Source: the human T2T-CHM13v2.0 reference genome, Homo sapiens. Taken from it: a stretch of 64,000 bases of DNA. The DNA lies in NCBI RefSeq assembly GCF_009914755.1, contig NC_060941.1; one strand, given 5' to 3'. A program made the translations under genes and the position numbers. Under the pieces are notes generated by a model. That model had not been told where the DNA came from. It ran no database searches and saw only the letters and a program-made list of their open reading frames with translations. This document shows, piece after piece, positions 1 to 15,114 of the stretch (position 1 is its first letter; the number at the start of each line of letters is the position of its first letter).

Positions 1-1524
1 CTTCCGCAGTGTTTGTGTCCCTGGGTACTTGAGATTAGGCAGTGGTGATGACTCTTAACGAGCATGCTGCCTTCAAGCATCTGTTTAACAAAGCACATCT
101 TGCACTGCCCTTAATCCATTTAACCCTGAGTTGACACAGCACATGTTTCAGAGAGCACGGGGTTGGGGGTAAGGTTATAGATTAACAGCATCCCAAGGCA
201 GAAGAATTTTTCTTAGTACAGAACAAAATGGAGTCTATGTCTACTTCTTTCTACACAGACACAGTAACAATCTTATCTCTCTTTCTTTTCCCCACATTTC
301 CCCCTTTTCTTTTTGACAAAACTGCCATCGTCATCATGGCCCGTTCTCGATGGTCGCTGTCTATTCGGAGCTGTTGGGTACACCTGCAGAAAGGCTGTCA
401 CTTCACACTTGGAAGATTGCACAGCGGCCAGGCAGAGGCGCTTCTCACTTCCCAGACAGGGCAGCCGGGCAGAGGCGCTCCTCATTTCCCAGATGGGGCG
501 GCCGGGCAGAGGCGCTCCTCACTTCCCAGATGGGGTGGCCGGGCAGAGGCGCTCCTCACTTCCCAGACGAAGGGTGGCCGGGCAGAGGTGCTCCTCACAT
601 CCCAGATGGGGTGGCCAGGCAGAGGCGCTCCCCACTTCCCAGATGGGGTGGTGGCCGGGCAGAGGCGCTCCTCACATCCCAGATGGGGCGGCCGGGCAGA
701 GGCGCTCCTCACCTCCCAGATGGGGCGGCTGGGCAGAGGCGCTCCCCACTTCCCAGATGGGGTTGCGGCCGGGCAGAGGCACTCCTCACATCCCAGACGG
801 GGCGGCCGGGCAGAGGCGCTCCCCACTTCCCAGATGGGGTGGCGGCCGGGCAGAGGCGCTCCTCACATCCCAGATGGGGCGGCCGGGCAGAGGCTCTCCT
901 CACTTCCCAGACGACGGGCGGCCAGGCAGAGGTGCTCCTCACCTCCCAGGTGGGCCAGCCGGGCAGAGGCGCTCCTCACTTCCCAGATGGGGCGGCCAGG
1001 CAGAGGGGCTCCTCACATCCCAGACAATGGGCAGCCAGGCAGAGAGGCTCCTCGCTTCCTAGACGGGGTGGTGGCCGGGCAGAGGCTGTAACCTTAGCAC
1101 TTTGGGAGGCCAAGGCAGGTGGCTGGGAGGTGAAGGTTGTAGCGAGCCGAGATCACGCCATTGCACTCCAGCCTGGGCAACATTGAGCATTGAGTGAGCA
1201 AGACTCCGTCTGCAATCCCAGCACCTCGGGAGGCCGAGGCGGGCAGATCACTCAAGGTCAGGAGCTGGAGACCAGCCCGGCCAACAGGGCGAAACCCCGT
1301 CTCCACCAAAAATACAAAAACCAGTCAGGCGTGGGGGTGCGTGCCTGCAATCCCAGGCACTCGGCAGGCCGAGGCAGGAGAATCACGGGAGCCCGAGGCA
1401 GGGAGGTTGCAGCGAGCCGAGATCACGGCAGTACAGTCCAGCCTCGGCAACAGAGGGAGACCGTCAAAAGAAAGAAAGAGAGAAAGAGAGAAGGAAAGGA
1501 AGAAAAGGAAGGAAGGAAGGAAGG

Positions 1525-1550
<26 letters not shown>
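1..1550 (-). mobile_element. SVA retrotransposon, SVA_A-like; its 3' end lies beyond the left window edge
   Basis: Antisense SINE-R (1-~385), VNTR (~427-1086) and Alu-like domain (~1090-1465), then a purine-rich head. It keeps the SVA2-derived segment 'cctgcagaaaggctgtcacttcacacttggaagattgcacagc' between SINE-R and VNTR, typical of the oldest subfamily. Confidence 0.95.
427..1086 (-). repeat. SVA VNTR, about 17-18 units of 37-40 bp
   Basis: Repeating unit gggcagaggcgctcctcacttcccagatggggcggcc and variants. Confidence 0.95.

Positions 1551-1555
<5 letters not shown>
1466..1555 (+). repeat. Compound (GAAA)/(GGAA)/(GCAA)n microsatellite at the SVA 5' head
   Basis: aaagaaagaaagagag...ggaaggaagg...gcaagcaagc is read directly. 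Confidence 0.9.
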
Positions 1556-1618
1556 ACATTTTTTGATATCCTTCTTAATTTGTTCATTGACCCAATGGTC
1601 ATTTAAGAGTATGTTGTT

Positions 1619-2258
<640 letters not shown>

Positions 2259-2580
2259 TTAATTTCCATGTGTTTTTACAGTTTCCAAAGTTTCTCCTTT
2301 TATTGAGAAGATACTTGATATGATTTTGATTTTTTAAAAATTTCTAAGACTTGCTTTGTGTCCTAACATATGGTCTATTCTGGAGAATGTTCCATGTGCT
2401 GATGAGAAGATTATATATTCTGCAGCTGTTAGATGAAATGTTGGGTAAATGTTAGGTCCATTTGGTGGAGTATAGTTTAAGTCCAGTGTTTCTTTGTTGA
2501 TTTCTGTCTAGATAATCTATCCATTGCTAAGAGTGGGGTGTTGAAGTCCCCAACTATTACTATATTGGAGTCTATCTCTT

Positions 2581-2881
2581 TATTTATTTATTTATTTAGG
2601 AGACAGGGTCTCACTCTGTCACCCAGGCCAGAGTGCAGTGGCACGATCTCAGCTCACCACAGCCTTGACTTCTCAGACTCAGGCAATCCTCCCACCTCAG
2701 CCTCCCCAGTAGCTGGGACTATAGATGCATGCCATCATGCCTGGCTAATTTTTTGTACTTTTGTAGAGATGGGGTCTTGCCATGTTGCCCAGGCTGGTCT
2801 TGAACTCCTGGGCTCAAGTGATCCTCCCACCTCAGCCTCCGAAAGTGCTGGGATTACAGGCGTGTGCCACTGTGCCTGGCC
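2581..2881 (-). mobile_element. AluJ
   Basis: Antisense Alu with J-type 'gggctcaagtgatcctcccacctcagcc'. TSD tatctctt. Confidence 0.9.
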
Positions 2882-3196
2882 TATCTCTTCCTTTAGATCA
2901 AATCATATTTACTTTATATACCTGGATGCTCCAATGTTGGTTGTATATATATTTAGAATTGTTATATCCTCTTGCTGAATTGATCCTTTAATGGTTATAT
3001 AATGACCTTCTTTGTCCTTTTTTTTTCAGTGTTTCTGACTTAAAGCCTGTTTTATGTGATATAATTATAGCTATTTCTGCTTGCTTTTGTTTTCCACTTG
3101 CATGGAATATCTTTTCTCATCCCTTTACTTTCACTCTAAATATGTCTTTACAGGTGAAGTTAGTATTTTTATAGGCAGCATATAGTTGTATCATTA

Positions 3197-3663
<467 letters not shown>

Positions 3664-4338
3664 TTATTGTTTATCATTGCAGTTTGGTGGTTTTCTGTAG
3701 TGGTAATGTTTGACTCCTTTCTCATTCTCATTCAGGTATCTGCTCTACTAGCAAGTTTTATAGTTGCATGTATTTTGATGATGGTAGATATTGTTTTCTT
3801 GCTTCCAGATGTAGGACTCCATTAAGAATTTATTGTAGGACCTGTCTAGAGGTAATTAATTCTCCCAGTTTTTGCTTGTCTGGGAAAGACTATTTCTCCT
3901 TTATTTTTGAAGGATAGTTTTGCTGGGTATAGTAGTATTCTTGACTGGAAGTTCCTCCCTCCCCCACTTTCAGCACTTTGAATATATCATTCCATTCTCT
4001 CCTGGCTTGCTAAATTTCTGCTGAGAAATCTGTTAGCCTGGTGGGGATTTCGTTTTATGTGACTTGATGCTTTTCTCTTGCTAAATATATATATTTGAGA
4101 TGGGGTCTTGCTCTGTTGCCCATGCTGGAGTGCAGTGGTTTGATTATGGCTCACTGCAACCTTGACTACCTGGGCTCAAGAGATTCTTTTACCTCAACTT
4201 CCCAAATAGCTGGAACCACAGGTACACGCCACCATGCTTGGCTAATTTTTAAATTATTTATAGAGATGAAGTCTGACTGTGTTGCCCAAGCTGGTCTTAA
4301 ACTCTTTTTTTTTTTTAAAGACAATTCACTGTACACAT

Positions 4339-4344
4339 TTTATT
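4339..4344 (-). terminator. Polyadenylation signal AATAAA of the EIF4E retrocopy
   Basis: tttatt on plus, about 22 nt from the poly(A) tract. Confidence 0.85.
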
Positions 4345-5278
4345 TACAGTTTTGTACACTGTTTTAATATGAATGGGACTGCTTTTCTACTTGAGCCATT
4401 TTTAACCAAAGCAAAATAACCTAAGTAATACAAAGTGTTAAAATACAGCATAAAGATACAAAAACAGACATACTAATTCTAGTTAGGAATGTAATTATGA
4501 TGTTATATTTTTTATAATCCACAATTATGTTTAGGAAATCACACAAACATAGATCACTGATTTGAATGAAATGCATAAATTTGTAGCAAAGCTTTGTAGT
4601 TACAAAAAACAAAAAAAATTACCAAAGAATGCACAAAATTAATGTTTATTCCACCTTTGTGTCATATTCCTGGATCCTTCACCAATGTTACATGAGGAAA
4701 AAAACAAAAGCAAAACAAATGAAAAACTGAAATCAGAATCACTAATATTATCAAGTAGGGAAACAAATAAATTAAAATCTAGCAGCCATCAGCAAGAGTA
4801 CAGCAAAGACAATGCTGTAAAAAGAAACAAAGAAAATTGCTAGAAAACTGTATGCATCATAATCTTTCAAACCAGCAAAATATGCTTCTGCATAAAATGG
4901 AACAACAGAATTTTTTTTCCTGTAAAGTATAGAAATGCCAAGTTGTTTTCTGACTATTGTGGATAGGTAAAATCTGTATGTAATTAATGGTAATTCTACT
5001 GAACTATTACAGAGTGGGCCAGGAACACATTTATGGATTCTGGAGATGTGTACTGTAATTCTTTGATTGGGATAGTGTAAACTCTAGCCAAAAAAAAAAA
5101 AAAAGAACACAGAAGTACAAGACAAAGGCGAATGAGACTTCTCTTATATCTGAGTAACATTTAGATGGAAATCAAATTTAAATGCAGTCCACTCTGCTTT
5201 TTGAAGAGGCTTTGGTTCAGCTCCCAAATCTCGATTGCTTGACGCAGTCTCCTATGAGAATACTCAGAAGGTGTCTTC

Positions 5279-5932
5279 TTAAACAACAAACCTATTTTTA
5301 GTGGTGGAGCCGCTCTTAGTAGCTGTGTCTGCGTGGGACTGATAACCAATCACTATCTTTGGAGGAAGTCCTAACCTTTCCTTGTATACCCTCCCTATAT
5401 GTGTAACAGCTTCTCTGTTTTCACATTCAGTAGTCCATATTGCTATCTTATCACCTTTAGCTCTAACATTAACAACAGCGCCACATACATCATCACTGTA
5501 GTCATCAAAAGATTCTCCAATAAGGCACAGAAGTGTCTCTAGCCAAAAGCGATCGAGGTCACTTCGTCTCTGCTGTTTGTTCAATGTAATTAGCCATCGT
5601 CCTCCCCGTTTGTTTTTCTCATCTTCCCACATAGGCTCAATACCATCCTTAAAAAGTGAGTAGTCACAGCCAGGCATTAAATTACTAGACAACTGGATAT
5701 GGTTGTACAGAGCCCAAAAGTCTTCAACAGTATCAAACTTGGAGATCAGCCACAAGTTTGCTTGCCAAGTTTTGCTTTTATCATTTTTAAAAAACCAGAG
5801 TGCCCATCTGTTCTGTAGGGGATGTTTAATATAGTGTTCTGGGTTAGCAACCTCCTGATTAGATTCCGTTTTCTCCTTTTCTGTAGTCGGGGGATTAGGA
5901 GTAGGGGTGGTTTCCGGTTCGACGGTCGCCAT
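5279..5932 (-). CDS. Intact 217-aa eIF4E (cap-binding protein) ORF within the retrocopy; translation not shown
   Basis: MATVEPETTPTPNPP...HPLQNRWALWFFKNDKSKTW...KSGSTTKNRFVV, with no stops or frameshifts. It differs from recalled human eIF4E only at E19K and R61W. Confidence 0.8.
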   Translation of the reverse strand: MATVEPETTPTPNPPTTEKEKTESNQEVANPEHYIKHPLQNRWALWFFKNDKSKTWQANLWLISKFDTVEDFWALYNHIQLSSNLMPGCDYSLFKDGIEPMWEDEKNKRGGRWLITLNKQQRRSDLDRFWLETLLCLIGESFDDYSDDVCGAVVNVRAKGDKIAIWTTECENREAVTHIGRVYKERLGLPPKIVIGYQSHADTATKSGSTTKNRFVV

Positions 5933-6344
5933 CTTAGATCGATCTCGGTCTTAAACTCTTGAGCTCAAGGGATCCCCCTTCCTTGGCCTCCCACAGTGCT
6001 GGGATTATAGGTATGACTTACCATGCCTGGCCTGCTCTTGCTGTTTGTAGAATTCTCTGTCTTTAACTTTTGACTGTAATGTGCCTTGGAGAAGACCTTT
6101 TGGGTGGAATCTATTTGAGGATCTTTGAGCTTCTTATATCTGGATGTCTATATCTTTTGTAAGACTTGGGGGAATGTTCCAGCTATTATTTTGTTAAATA
6201 GGTTTTCTATGACTTTGCCTCTCTCTTTGCCTTCTGGAATGCCCCAGTTTTAATATTTGGTTGCCTTATGGTGTCCCATGTCTTTCTTTTTCTTCTTCTT
6301 CTTCTTTTTTTTAGTTTTGGTCTGACTGGGTTATTTCAAAAGAC

Positions 6345-7185
6345 CACCCAAAACCAAAAGCTATTAGAACTAACAAACAAATTCGGTGAAGTTGCAGGAT
6401 ACAAAATCAACCTACAAAACTCAGTAGCATTTCTATATATCAATAGCAAACAATCTGAAAAAGAAATCAAGAAAGCAATTTTACACTAGCCGCAAAGAAA
6501 TTTGTGTATTTTTATTTTTATTTTTGAGACAGGGTCTTGCTCTGTCACCCAGGCTGGAGTGCAGTGGCGTGATCTTGGCTCACTGCATCCTCAACCTCCA
6601 GAGTTCAACTGATCCTCTCGCCTCAGCCTCCTGAGTAGCTGGGACCACTGGTGCACACCACCATGCCCAGCTAATTTTTGTACTTTTCGTAGAGACAAGG
6701 TTTCACCATGTTGCCCAGGCTGGTCTTGAATTCCTGAGCCAAGCAATCCCCCCTCCTAGGCCTCTCAAAGTTCTGGAATTATAGGTATGAGCCACTGCGC
6801 CTGGCCAAAAATTAAATAGCTAGGAATTACCGTAACCAAAGAAGTGAAAGATCTCTACAATGAAAACTATAAAACATTGGTGAAAGAAACTGAAGAGGAC
6901 ACAAAAAAATGGAAAGCTATTCCATGTTCATGCATTGGAAGAATCAATATTGTTAAAATGCCTATACTAACCAAAGCAATCTACAGATTCAATGTAATCC
7001 CTATCAAAGTATCAATGGCATTCTTCACAGAAATAGAAAAAAAAATCCTAAAGTTTATATGGAACCACAGAAGACCCAGAATATTCAAAGCTATCCTGAG
7101 CAAAAAGAACAAAACTGGAGGAATCACATTACCTGGCTTCAAATTATACTACAGAGCTATAGTAACCAAAACAGCATGGTACTGG
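6345..7185 (+). mobile_element. L1 ORF2 fragment in sense orientation (post-RT region), interrupted by AluJ ~6505-6806 (-)
   Basis: Translates as [27 protein letters not shown] and [11 protein letters not shown]...[19 protein letters not shown]...[23 protein letters not shown]. Confidence 0.92.
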
Positions 7186-7259
7186 GCAGGGTGGGCCTGT
7201 TCTAAGGCCCCTGGATGGTATGCATGGGTGGTTGGCAGCAGCAGCAAACATGACAGATA

Positions 7260-8000
7260 TTTAAACTTTTTGATCTTAGGATGCCTTCATATTTTTTAAA
7301 GCTGTTAAGTACTGCAAAGAGCCTTAGAATATGAATTATATATTTTTCAAATTAAAACAAAAAATTAAATATTACCCACTTACCCATTTAAGAATAACGG
7401 GTTGGGCACAGTGGCTCACACCTGTAATCCTGTAAGCACTTTGGGAGGCCGAAGCAGGAGAATCACTTGACTCCAGGAGTTTGTGACCAGCCTAGGCAAC
7501 ATAGAAAGACGCTGTCTCTACAAAAAATAAATTAGCCAGGTATGGTGGCACACCTGTCCCAGCTACTTGGGAAGCTGAGGTGGGAGGATTGCTTGAGCAT
7601 GAGGGGGTTGAGGTTGCAGTGAGCTGTGATTGTGCCACTGCACTCCAGCCTGGGCAACAGAGCAAGACTATCTAAAAGAAAAAGAAAGAATAACAGTAAG
7701 AAACCCATTACGTGTTTACATATTATTACAAAATATAATGATAGTTTCCCAAACAAAACTATTTAGTGAGAAGAGTGACATCATTTGACATTTTTGCCGA
7801 TCTTGGATTCTTCATTCAATTTGTTTTGCTATCATAAGTGATAACAGCCTCTGAAAAACTCTACTGGGCAGTCAGGAGAGAATGAAAGTGTAAAGAATAA
7901 ATAATGACTTAGTATCATCACAAAAATAATTTTGCCTTCAAGTACCCACTGAAAGGATCTCAAGGACTGGCAGGGTTATGTGGATTACACCTGGAGAACT
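7260..8000. mobile_element. hAT-Charlie (Charlie1-like) DNA transposon remnant with AluJ (+, ~7399-7690) inserted
   Basis: 'atttagtgagaagagtgacatcatttgacatttttgc' and the terminal 'ctgaaaggatctcaaggac...cacctggagaac' resemble Charlie1. Confidence 0.6.
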
Positions 8001-8077
8001 TCCTTAGAGTAAAACCCACCTCTGCATAACATTCACACACTCATCCACCTAAGCTTCCAATGAGTTTTTCAGTGCTT

Positions 8078-8480
8078 GTATTAGTTGGGATATTGAAGTT
8101 TAAGTTGCTGTTCCAAGGAGACCCCAGAATACAGTGGCCTAGAGAAGATGCAAGTTAATTTCTTTTTGCTCCACTTGTTGTTCACAGACCCAGTTTCCTT
8201 TTCTATTGTTGGTTTACCATCCCCTAAAAGATTATCTTCATCTAAGCATGGGATGTCTGTTCTAGCTTGCAGGAAAGGGAAAGTAGAGGAAATTCAGGGC
8301 AGCAATTTTGTTTCAAGCAAATGAGGCAGAAGCAGCACATACACTTTCCACTCCATTCCATTGTTGAAAACTTGGTTACATGACCTGATGTAGTCACAAA
8401 GAAGGATTGAAAAATGTAGTCTTTAGCCAGGCAGCCAATATACAAGAAGAAAGGATCTGAGGACTAACCAGCCATCTGCA
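8078..8480. mobile_element. MaLR LTR (old MLT1 type)
   Basis: 'tgtattagtt...ttgctgttccaaggagaccccagaatacagtggcctagagaaga...ttccattgttgaaaacttggttacatgacc'. Confidence 0.55.
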
Positions 8481-8604
8481 GTGCTTCTCTTATTTATAAA
8501 TAATCAGACACACATGATTTAAGTCCATTTGAGAAAAGCCATAACATGAAAGAGAAAACCAAAACAAACAAAAATAAACTAAGCAAAACAAAAACAAAAC
8601 AAAA

Positions 8605-8950
<346 letters not shown>

Positions 8951-9150
8951 CTTGGCTGAATCAGAGACAAGGTAAGGAGCATAGGAAATCTAAACAAATT
9001 TACCCTATCATTGATATCTTCAGGTAAAAGGAAAGATAACTACCATACATGAGAGTAGAACAAGATGCTATTAAGACAAAAAGGAAGAGATGAAAGATGG
9101 AACATTTCCTCCTAAAATCAAGAATAAAGTAAAGAAGGTACTGTTATCAC

Positions 9151-9454
<304 letters not shown>

Positions 9455-9656
9455 TGTTATCACTTCTATTCAACATTGTCCTAGCCAGTACAATAGCCTA
9501 CAGTAGGCTACAAAAATATATAGAAGTCATGTAGATTGGAAAAGAAGTTAAACTGCCCTTATTGGCAGATGGACTGTGTGTATATAGAAAATCCTAAAGA
9601 ATATAGAAAAAGCTATTAGAACTAGTAAGTGAGTTTAGAAGGGATGCAGGACATAA

Positions 9657-10324
<668 letters not shown>

Positions 10325-10843
10325 TGGCCTGAAATGTTTTAAATACCACTTATAATAGCATCAAAATGTGATATTTAGGAAAAATTTAATTACAACTGTA
10401 TGATAAAAACTATGAATATTGCTGAGAGAAATTTAAAAAGACCTAAGTAAATGGAAAGATGCACCTTATTCACTGATGAAAAATTTCAGTGTTGTTAAAA
10501 TGTCAGTTCTCTCCAAAATGATTTATGGATTTAAAGCAATGCCATATGAAACTCCAGAAAGTTTTTTGTAGAAACTGACAAGCTAATTCTAAAATTTATA
10601 TGGAATTGCAAAGGACCTAGAATTGGCAAAACAATTTTGAAAAAGACAGCAGTGTTGGAGGCTTTAGTGTATCTGAAGGATATCGTGTACATCCATCTGT
10701 AAAGCTACAGTAACCTAGAAAGTATGGTATTGGTTCTCAATCCAACAGAACAGAGAATTCAGAAATAAACCCACACATGTATGGTCAACTGATTTTTGAC
10801 AAAAATGACAATGTTATCCAATGGTTAATGGGTAGTCTTTTTA

Positions 10844-11195
<352 letters not shown>

Positions 11196-11547
11196 TAAAA
11201 AATTTAAAAAATTAAAAGCACAAATCATAAAATTTTTAACATTGATAAATTAGACTTCATTAAAATTAAAACTTCTGCGTTGAAACACATTGTAAAGGAA
11301 AAAAAGCCACAAACGGGGAGAAAATATGCCCAATATGTTTATATGACAAAAGACCTGCATTCAGTACACATAAAGAACTCTTGAGAACTACTTAGTAACA
11401 ATAATACAAACTCAATTTTTAAAATGTTTTAAAAATAGACAAAATATTTGAACAGACAGTTCATCAAAGAAGATATAGGAATGGTATAGGAATGGCTAAC
11501 AAACACATGAGAAGATGCCCGACATCATTAGTCATCAAGAAAATGCA

Positions 11548-11890
<343 letters not shown>

Positions 11891-11958
11891 CTAAAATGAC
11901 AAAAATTTTGACAGTACCAACTATTGGTGAGGATGTAGAGTAACTGGAACATTGCTGA

Positions 11959-12433
<475 letters not shown>

Positions 12434-12661
12434 TAGATGGAAATCAGTGGTATGCAACGAAATACTATTGAGCAATGAACAGGAATTACTGCTACAATCA
12501 GCAACATGAATCTCAAATTATGATGAGTGAAAAAAGCCAGACTCAAAATGGTGTAGATTATAATGATTCTGTTTATATAAAGCTCCAGAAAAGACCAGTC
12601 TAATCTATAGTGTCAGAAAGCAGATTGGTGGTTGCCTAGGGTAAGGGGTAAGGTGATTGAT

Positions 12662-12825
12662 TGTCACCATGCCTGGCTAATTTTTGTATTTTTAGGGGAG
12701 ACAGGGTTTCACCATGTTGTCCATGTTGGCCAGGCTGGTCTCGAACTCCTGACCTCAGGTGATCCTCCCACCTCCACCTGCCCAAAGTGCTGGGATTACA
12801 GACGTGAGCCACCTCGCCGAGCTGA
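12662..12825 (-). mobile_element. Partial AluS (left arm)
   Basis: 'gctaatttttgtattttt...cctgacctcaggtgatcc...cccaaagtgctgggattacag'. Confidence 0.85.
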
Positions 12826-14646
12826 CTCTTACTCCTCTCTAAGCCCCAGTTGAGAAGACTGTAGAAGAGGCTGCCCGGAAGCGGGACGGTGTCCTGGGCA
12901 GAGGTGAAAACAGAAGAGAATTTGCCAGTCATAGACCAGGAGCTCCAGAGGGCCTGTGGACGAGCTGGGGGGACTGTGGTAGGGCAGGGAGGAATAGGGG
13001 ATTGAATGGGGTTGGAGACATGCAGAGCAGTGTGAGGCATGAGAGGCAGCATGGTGCTGGCTGACCACCCAGGCTTGGACTTCTCATGGTGATGGAGGTA
13101 AAGAAGGAAGGGCGGCAGGGGCAGGCTGGTCGGCTCGTCTCTGGAATGAGTGTGGGCTCGAGTCTCTTCCCTTCCTGATGCTGCCTTCCCTTAGTAACCT
13201 GGCCTTCCTCCACAGTGGCTCTCAGATCCCCGCTAATGGGGATGCCCAGAGTCTGTTTCCTGCTCATTCTCTTCTCACCTGTTTTCTTTATTGCAGTGAA
13301 ATTTGGAAGTGCCGTGCCTTCCCCACACACCAGGTGACTGCCTTAGCACTAGGTCACTTGTATCTCAGCTTGTTTGTCCACTCCCCAAACTCCTGGAGGC
13401 CAGGACCACGTCAATTTATCTTTGAGTCCGTTATATTTTAGGCCATGCTATGCTCAAGGTACATGGTCTCCGGGCATTGTTTGATAAAACAGAATAAATT
13501 CAGGAGAGGAAAGGGGAATAAACATGCTTAGTGAACATCTTCTCTGTAGGCATATGCTTGTCCCTTGAAAATCATGTGTATGATTTCCTGAGCAGAGCAC
13601 TGGCGCTCAGCGGATATTCCAGATTATTATTATTAAGTTATATTATTATTATTTTATTATTCCACCTCATTGGGTAGGCGTTATTACCCCTACTCTATGT
13701 ATTCATTTCACAAGTATTTCTTGAGTGCCTACTCTGTATCAGACACTGTGTTACACCCTGGGAATACTAAGTATATATGAGTGTGCTGGTTCTTCCTGGT
13801 GGAACCGCAAATCCCCAGATGCATTTGCTGTCCTGCACTGTGAGTAGAAAGGACAGTCCCTGGGGCTTACATCAACCTGGCTCACTTGCCAGCTGCTTCC
13901 AGGTGTTTTTAGCCAATGGGAGGCCCTGGCAGGGAATGGCCTGGGAGGGAAGTTGGAATGTTTCTTCCTTGTTCCCTTTGCTTTGGGCTGTGTTTTTGGC
14001 AGTAACAACTGCAGCCTCTTTAGGACCACCCCTCCTTCATGGCTCCAGCTCTCCAGGGACTTTGGTAACACCATTCTACTACTCCCTCCACTGTCATCCA
14101 GCACACACAGAGTGGGAGACACCATCCTGGTCATCTCAGGGCCCTGAGCTGTGGCTAAGTCCACAGGGGCTTCCTGGGCAGTGACCTGGGTAGACCAGCT
14201 GTTTGTCGTCGGCTCCTCCCTTCCTTCATGCTGCTCCCTGCCTGGCACAGCGCAACTGCCAATGCTCAGACAGAAGTGACTAGAGGGGATCTCCTGGCCT
14301 TCAGAGTCCAGGGCCTGACACACAGAGCACAGATTTCACTGGAAAGAAAAGAGAAAGGGAAGGAGGGATGGAGAAGGAAGGGAGGGAAGATGGACCTTGT
14401 ATCTGAGTCCATCCTGTGAATCCATTCTCCCCAGGTCACTAAGCCTGAGGTTATAACCAAACAGGCTTCTGAAAGGTCACGGATCATGTAAAGGGAGACC
14501 TCTGTTGTAGGGAAAGGCCACTGAACTTGAGAATCATTCTTGCCAATTCTGTGATCTTGGGCAATACATTTGGCCTTAGTTTCCTACTCTGCAAAATGAG
14601 CACAGCTCTCATGCTTCAAAGCAGTGCACAAAAGCACCTCAAGGTT

Positions 14647-15114
<468 letters not shown>

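Larger units (their letters stand above)
4307..5946 (-). pseudogene. EIF4EP2: Processed retrocopy of EIF4E mRNA (short 5'UTR, full CDS, ~960-nt 3'UTR, poly(A)); probably EIF4EP2
   Basis: Intronless EIF4E. T-run at 4305-4316 is the poly(A). AATAAA on minus at 4339-4344. Perfect 14-bp TSD ggtcttaaactctt at 4293-4306 and 5947-5960. The EIF4E retrocopy call is near-certain; the paralog number is from recall only (~0.6). Confidence 0.9.
4095..6032 (-). mobile_element. AluJ split by the EIF4E retrocopy (pieces ~4095-4306 and 5947-6032)
   Basis: Alu sequence stops at ...ctggtcttaaactctt (4306) and resumes at ggtcttaaactcttgagctcaagggatcc...catgcctggcc (5947-6032). Confidence 0.93.

Noticed and set aside
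427-1086. Regular ~37-bp repeats superficially like a CRISPR array
   Set aside because: The units are contiguous with no unique spacers and sit inside an SVA in primate DNA.
228-1186. Three long overlapping ORFs (287, 249 and 278 aa)
   Set aside because: They read through the stop-poor antisense SVA VNTR and give repetitive peptides, a known artefact.
5279-5932. Calling this the EIF4E gene itself
   Set aside because: It is intronless, has a poly(A) tail and TSD, and sits inside an Alu. The parent gene is multi-exon.
6844-7299. 151-aa ORF
   Set aside because: A fragment of dead L1 ORF2 running into unrelated sequence, with a GTG start.
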